DNA of 60,191 nt, counting the filler, from Gonapodya sp. JEL0774 (Eukaryota): assembly GCA_027604505.1 (NCBI GenBank). It is 4 parts of 4 records of this genome, joined end to end, with 100 filler letters (N's around TTAATTAATTAA, not from the genome) between each part and the next. Parts side by side here need not be neighbours in the genome. Positions count along the whole stretch, not along the records: positions 45,298 to 60,191 come from JADIIX010000304.1; 3 more parts are not named here. The stretch is one strand, 5' to 3'. Each line of letters starts with the position of its first letter. Positions within the stretch are counted from its first letter, which is position 1. The position numbers were made by a program, and so were the translations under genes. Shown one piece after another: positions 49,800-60,191 of this stretch. The notes under the pieces are model-generated. The model worked only from the letters and a program-made list of their open reading frames with translations, did not search any database and was not told the DNA's origin.

Positions 49800-52700
49800 A
49801 CTGCTGCGGTCGGAGTCCGGAGGCTGAGCGAAGCGCGATGATCCAGATCCCGACTCCCTCCACTCCTACTATCGCACGATAAAGTTGCCGCAGACGAGGG
49901 CGAGAGGAGAAGAGATCTCCCCGCCAAAAGCGAAGCTGTCGCCCAAGAAGATGGGAGAGAGGGGAGGCATGACGAGGGGCGCAGAGGGGGGAACACAACG
50001 GCCAGCGGCAAGGTTTCCATGCCCCGAACTATGTCCACCGTCCCACCGGCCCCCGCCCCCCTTCCCTGCCGATCACCACCAACAGGACCCGCCATCGTCA
50101 GATCCACCTCGAAAACACCCATGCTGCGCCCATCCACCCCAAAAACCCCCTGACTGCCACTCACCCCACCGCCCCTTGCAGAAACCGCATCACCCCGGAC
50201 CCGATCTGTCACCTCCTGCTGATCCTCGAGACGGCTGAACGGCGCGCTAAAGTCGAGCGCTCCAGTCGGCGGCGAAATGGGCCTCGGCGGAGCCACCGAA
50301 CCGAAGGTAAGTGAACACCGAGTCAGATCTCCAGTCGCCCACCATCCGGATCCAGTCCAGTCCCATCCCCGACTCCCGGGCCACCACTGCACCACCTGAG
50401 CGGAAGGAGTGCCAGGTGACCCGCCCCAGGGCAGGCACCACACCGGCCTTGGCCACGAGTCGCCGCAAGCTGTCCTCCATCCAAGCGTAGCCCTATGGGA
50501 GACTGGCGTCCGGGAAGGCAGAGCGCAAGTGACGGAAGGCCGCCACAGGGCAGAGTCGTGAGCCGGGTACTGCCGCCATGGGGTGCACGAGGATCCGTGA
50601 TCGATCCTGTATTGTCTTGGTGCCGCGTGACCGCCGCCATGGGAAGTCCCTGTCGGGCGAGAGCCAGAGGTCGTCCACGTGAACCGCGCACCAGGCAAGA
50701 TCGGGGTGAGTCACTCCGAGGTTGGACTTGCGGTACAAACCAGAGAAAGCGAGCGTGATGAGGAGTAAGAGGACGGAGCCATCGGCGGTGGTGATGTCAC
50801 AGGCACTGGCGAGGCAGAGGACTTCGTCGAGGCAGAGCGTTGCTGCGTGCTTGGGCAGCTCCCCCTTGGTGCGCTTGAGAGCCTTGAGGAGTCGCTCAAT
50901 CCCCCAGTCGCCCTCCCAGCTGACGGGCAACTGGAAGCGCCGGTGTAGCTGACGGAGCGCGCCAATGTACCGCCGGACGGAGGCGGGAGAGAGGGATCTG
51001 CCCAGGTAGATGATATAGGCCGAAACGACGTTGACTGGGGCAGGCAAGCAGGGCCAGAGGCCGTAAGTGACGGCAAACCGGACGAAGGCGATTTCCTCAG
51101 AGGCGTAGGTGGCGGTGGTAGAGGCGGCGTAGAAGTGCCCTGTGTAGAAGGTGGCTTCAGCGGCGAACTCCGACGCTGTAAAAAGGGGGGCAAGGGGATA
51201 CCAGCGAGAGAGGCAAAAGTTGAAAACACAAAACGAGACAGGGGGTCCGCAAGCACATTCGAGGCCCCGGGGATGTGGCGAGCTGTGACGCGAACGTTGT
51301 GCAGGACCGAGATAGAGAACAGATGGCAGAGCAGGGGGAGGACCAGCTGACGGGTCTCCGTCTTGCCCTTGCATCGACCGGTGTTGATCCAAGACACAAT
51401 TTGCGAGTTGCCGGTGTCCAGACGGAGCCAGCAGCCCGAGTGCGCGGGTGCAACCGTCGTAATCCTGAGAACCGCCGCGAACAACTCCAGCACCCCGATG
51501 TGCACACCATCGTTCTCTGCCCTCTTCCACCCATGCTCCAGAACCGCCCCGAGCTCATCTACTAACGCCCAACCCCAACTAGCACCCGATGCGTCTGACT
51601 CGAACCGCATGTCCAAGTTTGGGCGGGACAGATCGAACAGAGACCAACATAGATCTGGCACGCCCATCCAGCCAAGAAACCAGCGCAGCGAGCCCGCCAG
51701 ATCGCTTGTGATGTGTGTGTGGTGGTGCGGCGCCCGCAGTGTGGAGGCGTGCTCGAACACCGGTTGTGCAAACGTCCTGGCCCCGAAGACCACCTGCCCG
51801 ATCCACGACATGTAACCCCCGACCGACTCTAACGGCTTCCGGGACACCTTTCTTTTCAACAAAATCCCTCCAAACAAAACCCGAATTTTCTCGCATTTCT
51901 CCGTGGGTATCGTCACAACCATCCGATCTGTGTCGTAATCAAGAATCCGGCAATGTGTGGCCAGTGGTTGATCTTTCTTCCTCTCCACCATCATTCCTAA
52001 CCGATCCGCGACGTCCCCCCGAACCTCGGACTCCCGTACTGCCTGCGCCTTGTACTCAGCCTCCGTTGTAGTGCTCCCGCGCGGGTTGATCTCGATGTTA
52101 TCATCTAAAACGGTCGGACCCCCTCGATCCCGTAGTTGTGTCGTAGGATGTCAGCGTAGGCCGTAGCAAACGACATGTAGAGGAAGCATGCGCGGTGCGA
52201 GCCAAAACACAAAGGAATGTGTCGAACAACAGCCCCTCGTCGGGGTGCCACAGTGCATAGAAGCCGAACTCCGTGGGAGCGATCCGGACCTTCCGATACG
52301 CAGCCGCGCCATCCCGAACCGAGAGAAGGCAGCCTCACCCTTCCTTGAAGATGGCCTGCCGGATCTCGTCGTGTGTTGGGTATACCGGAACCCCGTGAAT
52401 GCTCAGATCGTTCGTTGCGAAACGCTTTGGCTCCGATGCTTTCGTCACTATCCGCCACTTCCCCTTCGCGATGTCCTTGGGTACTGGCCCCATGGAATTG
52501 ATCCTGCACGCCGATACCCAATCTCCTCGCATAAAATGACCCGCCTCCAAACGTTCTCGTAAGTAATCCCTCATCGCCTGCCCTCCAGGCCCCTCTTCTC
52601 CAAAGTTCGCGCTCTGTACCGTCATGAGCGGTATCGAATCCTTCGAAACATCGATCGTGGGCACGCCATCCCGGGCCCAACTCGGCAAATGGGCACTCCC

Positions 52701-52950
52701 TCGCCTCCTCCACATTCCTCTCCCACACGCATGTCCGCGAGAGCCCCCCCGACTGCTCTCTGACCCCCGCGGACCCCCGCTGCGAGCGCCTCATGTGAGT
52801 CGGCGCGACAACGAGGGCGAGGCTAGAGAAGAAGAAGAGGTGGGGGGGGGAGGGGGTTGGCCCGAGACCCAAGGGGGGTGCACCGACCCCCCGCCACCAG
52901 CTTGGCGCATGAGCCCGCCAAAAACCCATGCGGGTCTTCGTCCCCACAAA
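49800..52950 (-). mobile_element. Ngaro-type tyrosine-recombinase retrotransposon (RT, RNase H, YR), disrupted
   Basis: RT NSMGPVPK..GKWRIVTKASEP..TND, RDGAAAYR, CFGS, FLDD (~52100, frameshifted); RNase H ESDASG, HIGVLEL, HIPGASNVLADPLSR; YR LYRKSNL, TKT, CPV, HSFRSGGA, GDWRSDSVFTYL (ends 50247); element ends approximate. Confidence 0.92.
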
Positions 52951-53060
52951 ATATGGTCAAAAGTGAAAGTCGACGGAGAAGAAGATAGTAGCTTATTAAG
53001 AACAAGCCACCTCACAAAACACCCATATCAAACACTGCCTCCCAAGGACTTGAACAATTT

Positions 53061-53845
53061 CCTGCACCTTGAATCGTGCATCCGAGCTACGCTCATTGGT
53101 ACGCCTACTCCCGCGTTGTTCCCCCATGGGCCTCCGTCTGCGGAGGAACCCAGGCGACAATGGCGTGGGACGAGCACGGACGCAGGGCCGGGCCCAAGGG
53201 CAGCGGCTAACCCATCACGTGACATCGTCTACTTATCGCATCGCCATTGGGGGAATAGATCGACCACGAGCAGTCAGAACAGCGGTGCCCGGCAGAGGAA
53301 TTCCGAGCTGTGGAGAACGAAGGTCAGAAGCAGATCGGTATGCGAAATGGTAAATCATTTGTTACCATTGTACGATAATCACGGGCGCCTGGCGCTGTTC
53401 CAGAGAGAGGAAGTCATTTTGCGGCATCTAACTCCAAAAGATGGTTGGAAGCATGTAGGAAATTCCAACAAGTTCAGTCCACTCACCTGATGATAGGGCA
53501 GGGAGCTAAGGAACGTCCGCACCTTGAGTTGAGTCTGATGTGCGAGCAAACGCTTATCGTTACGCCAAGTCTGGTGCTACTCCCCCGTGGATCCCCCTAT
53601 GGTGCGAGACCCAGGCGACAATGGCATGGGACAAGCACGGATGTGGTACCGGCCCGTTGGGTAGCGACAGCGCACCACGTGCACTCCGTCCTCTTATCGC
53701 ATCTCCATCAGGGAAGGTTGGAAACACATAGGCAGTTCATATCAAATTCAGTCGACTCACCCCAGGGAAGTAGGCTCTCTCCCGCCTAGCTCATCAACAT
53801 CGACACCTTGTCTTGAGTTCGGTATCCGAGCAACGCTCATCGGCA
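53061..53845. repeat. Diverged tandem duplication (copies ~53061-53486, ~53516-53760, partial ~53803-53845)
   Basis: Shared ACCCAGGCGACAATGGC(G/A)TGGGAC(G/A)AGCACGGA, CTTATCGCATC, GGTTGGAA..CAGTC(C/G)ACTCAC. Confidence 0.8.
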
Positions 53846-54343
53846 TATATGGAGGAGTTCGGTTTGAAACCCGATGAATGCTACCCATGACAGAAGATAG
53901 TGTAATGATCACTCTGCACTTTGTACATACAAACATATCCGCACGAACTTTTGAATCCACCACCTGCCCCCTCTCTGTCCACCCCACGGGGAGCCCCATT
54001 GCCGCCTGCGCGGCTACTCCAACATCCGTCGGGTCACGGGTGCGCCGTCCGCTCACAGCACAGACTTGGCGTCGCAAGACCCGCCACCAATGAGGCGTGG
54101 GCCGAGGAGGTCAGCAGTGCGACCCGACGCGACATGGCTGGGGATGCAGACGGTGGGCGAACTGAAACCGACTTGGGACGGAGTGGCGTGGAAGCGGACA
54201 CACAGGTGGGCAGGGACGGTGGACTTGAGCGCGGAAAACGCTTCTTGTGACAAGCCGGTTGGTGTTGAAACACAACTCGACTTAATAGAGAGCGGCGGGA
54301 AGCTGATGGTGAGACTTTGAGAGCCACCGCACACACTAATGCA

Positions 54344-56905
54344 ATGAGCGAGCTCCCCCTTCAATTTGAGCAACTGACGTGCGCGGTCTCAACGTCTTTC
54401 TGGCAACGCCTGAGACAGCTGAAATTGGAAACTTTCAAGCTCGACGATAGCAAGCGGGCTGTGTTCGGATCCTATTCAGCTGGAGCTACTGGTTCCAAAT
54501 CCACACCATCGTCAACACATTCTCCCGCCATTTTCTCTCTCAGCTTTGAATCCTTCACGGATGTATCAGTTCCAGCGTCTCCGCTGGATGCGGCGCATCT
54601 CACGTTCCCTTCAACATCAGATGGATTTCCCATGCATGCTGTTCCCGTCCCAGGCACCCTGATTAATACCAATACATTGGAGGAATTCAAAGACATCGAT
54701 AAGCAGCAACTCCTTGTAGACGCCGCGCAGCTTATCTGGGATGACATATCTTCTGGAGCCGCACTGCAGCGCCCAGAGCTACTTTCTCGATTCCTTGTCT
54801 TGACATTCGCCGACTTGAAGAAGTATCGGTTTTACTACTGGTCTGCGTTCCCATCGTTTTCAATTACCCCAAAAGTCAGTGGCGATGCCAGGACGGATCG
54901 CTGGACTGTCTGTTTGGACGGCCCTGCAAAACCGCTCTCCGATGAATGGACGTCGCAAGAGATACTCGAGCTTGCCTCTCTTGTCAAGGAGCGTACCTTT
55001 ACCTCTGTTACGAGTTTATCTGCAGGGAATCCTCTGGCTCCCTCACTGGCAGCCTTCTTCATCACACAAAAGGAACAGTCCATATCCATCACCCCACTCA
55101 ATGAAGGGAAAGAGTACGCAAACTCAACAACTTCCCCCCTCATATTCTTTTCCGACCCGTCGTCTCTTCCCTCCAACCCTTCGTGGCCCCTCCGGAACCT
55201 CCTGGTACTGCTCCGACACACCTTCAACCTTTCCCGCGTCCGCGTCGTGTGTTGGCGTGGCCCCTCCTCTTCTATTCTCCTCGATGTTTCCATGTCGGGC
55301 GAACCAGCCATGACTCCCACCGGCGTCCTCGGCTGGCTCCCAAACGCAAAGGGCCAGCTCCTCCCTCGCGTTGTGGACCTGTCGTCGGTGATGGACCCGG
55401 GACAACTTTCGTCCACTGCTGTGTCGTTGAATTTAAAGCTTATGAAGTGGCGAGTAATGCCTGAGTTGCGACTGGACAAGATTGCTGAACAGAAGTGCCT
55501 ACTCGTGGGGAGCGGCACCCTGGGGTGCTATGTAGCGAGAGCCCTCGCCGTACGTTCGTCATCCATTTCCAAAGTATCCATAGCTTACAACCACTGCTCC
55601 CCAATCAGGGATGGGATGTTCGGCACATCACTTTCCTGGACAACGGCACTGTCTCTCACTCCAACCCAGTTCGTCAGCCCCTCTTCACATTTGACGATGC
55701 CCTCAAGGGTCGAGCCAAAGCTCAAGCTGCGGCGGACGGGTTGACTGCGGTGATTCCAAGTGTGGTGAGTGAATGGAAATTGATTCCATCGTCTATCAAT
55801 ATAAAAGGCAACATATGTCCGTCAGACCGCGTCCGCTCACGCAATCGCGGTACCAATGCCCGGTCACCCGGCGACAGTGTCTACTCGTGATGATTATTTT
55901 GCCCTGGAACGGCTGGTTGAAGAGCACGACGTGGTGTTCTGTCTCACCGACAGCCGCGAGAGCAGGTGGCTACCTACTTTGTTAGGAGCAGCCAAGGGCA
56001 AGGTATTAGTAGATTTGATTCCTTTTCATTGTACTGAGGGATTTCACCGGCGTTGTTTCACCGGAAGCTCGTCATCAACGCTGCACTTGGATTCGACACA
56101 TATGTCGTCATGCGTCATGGCCCTCGTGATAGTCCCAAAGAAGAACCTGCAGAAAATAGGGAAGGTGATGCTTCAGATGTCGTGCTTGCGAAAGATCTAG
56201 GATGTTATTTTTGTGGGGATGTCGTCGCGCCATCTGATGTGAGTTTGGGGAGCCTACAGTTGTCGAAGGAAATCGCGCAACATATCGAAACGACAAATAT
56301 CCTTCGTCCGCTAGTCCCTCGCCAGGCGCACTCTTGACCAAATGTGTACCGTCACCCGTCCAGGCATTGCGCAACTTGCGGCTGCCATGGCAGTGGAGCT
56401 TATGGTCTCAGTCGTGAATCACAATAAGGGGTGGGTGAATCTGCTATATCCAAATCAACATTTTGATAAAGAGCCTGACTTTGCTTGTAAAAGTGTCGCC
56501 GCACCAGCACCATCGCAAAATCTTCCACCTTCTGCGAGTCTGCCTTTGAGTGCGTCTACTTCTCTTGGCAGCGTACCTCATCAAATGAGAGGATTTTTAT
56601 CTCACTGGCAGAATCTTGTGCTTGTCGGTCGGAGGTTTGATGGTTGCGTGGCATGCTCGAACGAAGTTAGTGGTCCCACGCGCCACCTGTACATTTTCCC
56701 TCCACTGACGTCCATCAATCTTTCACAGATTATCCACCGCTACACTACAGAAGGATACTCGTTTGTCGAACGCGTTTTGAGTGACCCTGGCTATCTTGAG
56801 GAGGTCTCTGGGCTGGGTGCAATGAAGGGTAAGTTGGAGGAACTGGACGTGGAACTGGACGCAGAGGATGGATTCGAAGCCCTTGATGGTGACGATGAGT
56901 TCTAG
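54344..56905 (+). CDS. ATG7: Autophagy E1-like enzyme Atg7
   Basis: [66 protein letters not shown], catalytic [25 protein letters not shown]; acidic tail; TAG at 56903-56905. Confidence 0.97.
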
Positions 56906-57208
56906 GGGTTTTTTTGCATTTTATGTATCCTACCTAGCTCGTCTTATTGTGAGAGTCTCAACAACATTGCAACCGTGTAAATTAAAGCAATAAACACATT
57001 TTGTGCTGCCTAGTTTACTCGAATTATTGGAGATGTGAGAACGCTGCATTAGCTGAGAAATGTTCGGGTGGTGATCACTTGTCACTGGTCGGCACCAGGT
57101 CTTCCGAAATGTAGATCGTTGGGGAGCTCCCTTTCAGAGCACACTTCCGTTCATCACAACCCGCCCCTCTGAAACTTCCATACAGCGCTCTACGAATCGC
57201 CTACAGCT

Positions 57209-60107
57209 ATGGTTACTACCTCATCGGATGGCCGTGTTGAGCCACGCATCGGCGTCAGTGAGTCTAGGTGCACGCTTCGTTGTCTCGAAGAGTCAAATCT
57301 GAACAAAAAAGTCCCCGATCATGACAATTCTTAAATAGTCGGAGGCGGTATCGCAGGTATAATAGCTACCCTTTTCCTTCGTGAAAAGCTCGGCTCCAAG
57401 AACATAATCGCCATCGAACGGAATCCCGGTGAGCATTTCGAACAGAACCTTCCCTCCGTCTCCTGAATATCAATCGATTCTGACTCTTTTTTGCTTGCTC
57501 TTCCTTGCAGAGTTTGGTGGGACATGGTGTGAGTGGTAGTCAATCTGGTGGATTGTTTCTTGCAATTGCAGCTCACATGTTTCAAATCAAAAAAAAAGTC
57601 GAGAACTCATATCCAGGATTATCGTGTGATATTCCGGGTAAGTCGAATCGATTGCAATATGTGGATATCAATCCAACCCCTTCGTCCATTTTTCCTCTCA
57701 GCCCACCTGTATTCGGTATGTACGTACTCGGTCCTTTTGGGGAGTACTCGAGGACTGAAGGGCTCGTTCGTTGGTTTAGTTTTCCTTTGCCTTGAACCCA
57801 AATTGGAGCGTCCCTTATCCTGGTCGTGATGAGCTTCTCAAGTACATTGTTGATGTTGCTGACCGATTTGACATTCGGAAACATTATCGGATGAACTGTG
57901 CTGCAACTCGCGGCGTATGGGACGACGAGAAGGGCGTCTGGAAAGTCTTCTACAAAGATCTTTCCAAGCTTCCTCCTCTTACACAGGAGGAGAGAAACGC
58001 GGGAGGCCTTGAACTTGAGGACTGGGCGATGCTTTCGGACCCGCTTGGTCCCCGCTCCGCCCGTCTGGAGGAACTCGAGGAAGATAGTTTCGAATGCGAA
58101 TTCTTGTATAACACGCAAAAGGGCACGGGTGCTCCTGGGATGCCCGACATTCCCGGAGCTCAGGAACGGGTATTCAAGGGACCAACTTGGCACAGGTACG
58201 TATGCCATAGGTCTGTCACGTTGACATGAACACATCTAACCTCACTCCGTTTCACCTAGCATGAGGTATGTATCTCAGGAAATTCACCTTGAAGAACCGA
58301 AAACCTCAACCGCGCAAAAAACCTAGATGGCCCAAGAACGGTTTGGATTTAGTGAAAGGGAAGAGAGTTGCTCTAATTGGCTGTGCGGCAGCGTGAGTTT
58401 TGTGTTTGCTACCTTGATACATCCGAATTGCTCATTGTGTCGCACAATCCGAAAAGCGCTGTTCAACTCGTCCCTCAGCTCCAACCCCTCACTGCCCACC
58501 TGTCCGTTTTTCACCGAACACCGAATCACGTAATGCATCGTGACAATACCCCGTATTCCGAGGAGCAGAAACAACGATGGACGAAGCACCCCGAGGAGCT
58601 TCGAAAGTTTCGAGCAGACTTTGAGGAGAAATTCTTCAAAGTTTGGATCAACACGGCTTGCATCAATGGCTCGGAAGAGCAGAAATTGTGAGTTGCGGTA
58701 TTGATTAATTTGAAGGGAGAGGATCATCTGTTTGAATGCAGCGAAACTTAGCACCATTGCCGACGCCAAGTCAAACCTGTACGATAGCATAAAGGACGAG
58801 CGACTAAGAGAGATTTTGTGGCCCGACTACATGCCTTGGGGTCGGAGAGTCACGTTCCATGACGAAGTGCGTACGCATAACGGAGGGGTAAACGATGTCT
58901 CACATCACTAATAACGGTTGGGTCATGCAGTTCTACCCATCTCTTGTCCAACCAAATGTGGAAGTCGTTCAGGATCGAATCGTTCGCATTAATGAAAACG
59001 GAATTGTTACTGCCGCTCAGAACTCTCGAGATCTGGTATGTTCCCTGCCACCTGGACCCACACGGTTAGATCACTCACGACTTACTGTTGTTAGGTGCCG
59101 GATCCCACAGCACCGGAGACCCAAAGAGATTATGACATTATCATATGTGAGTGCCGATGAGGAACTCTCAGTGGCAATCCCAGGGAGAATGTGATGTCTC
59201 ACGCACCTTTCCCGCAACTCAAGACGGAACTGGTTGGGCGGTGCAAGGAGGCAAGAGGGGTATGACACCTTTCACTGGTCGGAATGGAACGGACTTTGCT
59301 CTCTCCTCGATGAACATTCAGGTGAAATTCGGAGCGGATGGAACGCCGTCCCTCGATATGAGCGCATTAGGGATTTGGTAAGCCACTTACAATGCTATTT
59401 CGATATGCTGTCGCTCAATCACCTTTGCATCACAAAGGAATTATTTCGGGGAAATGTTTGAGGGCTTCCCCAACTTCTTTGCACCAGTTTCGGCGTCTGG
59501 CTACCCCTTGTGAGTTCATCTTCTCCCTTTCATAAATTTGATTCTGTTGTAAATTTTTCCGGCTTACAGGATATCGGTTATTGAAGCAGTAGAAAAGCAC
59601 ATCGATTACACGATTAAAATGTAAGGTCTTCCGTGGGTTGTGAGCCCAACTGCCTCATTCTAACGCTCGGTATTGCATCCCACTATCAGCATTCGACATG
59701 CCATTTCTCTGAACCTGAAGTCAATTGAGCCAAAGCGGGAGGCCATCGAGTGGTGGATAGGCAACCTTGATAAAAGGGTTAAAGGATGCCCGTAAGTTGA
59801 GTGATTTACACCATGGCAATACCACCCTCAACCGAGTCTAAGGACACTCATTTTCACATGATTCTTGTTCAGTACCACCATGGGCCCTGTCAACACTTAT
59901 TACAAAATCTACCGACCTGACGGCACATACTCTAACCGTCTGTGGTTCCCCACGAAAGATTCACCTCGCGAGTTCGAGCAGCTGCTGTTGTTCCCCATTT
60001 ACTCGCACTTCATCCAAAATCCTCGTGGTGATGGAGAACCAAAGTGGATTGTACCGACGCCACCCGACGTGAATATGTTAGATAGAGCATACGAGCCTGT
60101 TTGTTAG
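57209..60107 (+). CDS. Class B flavin monooxygenase, Baeyer-Villiger type, many small exons
   Basis: Spliced IVGGGIAG, FGGTWFENSYPGLSCDIPAHLYSFSF, fingerprint FKGPTWHSMRWP, SVFHRTPN, FYPSLVQPNVEVV, EGFPNFF; TAG at 60105-60107. Confidence 0.9.
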
Positions 60108-60191
60108 AGGTAGTATTTGAATGTCACATCAGTGAAATTAGTTTGCATCCAATGCTTAGTGGGAGTTATCGGATGATTGGTACTAGCAACG

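Noticed and set aside
15980..52340. In-frame TGA codons (Harbinger ~15984, kinase 48172, YR-element RT 52335) as selenocysteine or recoding
   Set aside because: None lies in a redox motif or selenoprotein family, no SECIS was recognised, and the kinase and YR element carry other lesions; point mutation is simpler
53225..53245. TACTTATCGCAT resembles the antisense of a 5.8S rRNA stretch (snoRNA guide?)
   Set aside because: No adjacent D/D' box, and the match is shorter in the second copy
52624..55518. Long antisense ORFs (52624-53490 +, 54835-55518 -)
   Set aside because: Shadows of GC-rich coding or TE sequence on the opposite strand

Overview
Intron-rich eukaryotic DNA, most likely from an early-diverging (chytrid/monoblepharid-like) fungus; this is inferred from the short GT-AG introns, the gene set and the ankyrin/kinase style. 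Three scaffold gaps (N runs with a TTAATTAATTAA linker) sit at ~15.1, ~30.2 and ~45.2 kb. Intact housekeeping genes flank the window. Left: 3' part of a tyrosine/dual-specificity phosphatase, then ATP3 and OPA3 head-to-head. Right: ATG7 and a micro-exon-rich Baeyer-Villiger-type flavin monooxygenase. The middle (~12-53 kb) is a nested transposon and pseudogene graveyard. It holds a PIF/Harbinger transposase; a hAT element split through its BED finger by a full-length Copia (TSD GTTCC); further Copia fragments; an inverted-LTR structure; a full-length chromodomain Gypsy (TSD GCCC) inserted in the last codons of an ankyrin gene, plus a second nested copy of that Gypsy; Mutator-like TIRs around a gap; and an apparently gag-less Ngaro-type tyrosine-recombinase retroelement. 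LTR and hAT sequences show strong CpG-to-TpG/CpA decay, whereas the YR and Harbinger elements stay CpG-rich. No CRISPR, rRNA or tRNA was seen. I found no clearly novel system; the best leads are unusual mobile-element architectures. All calls were made by eye without database searches.
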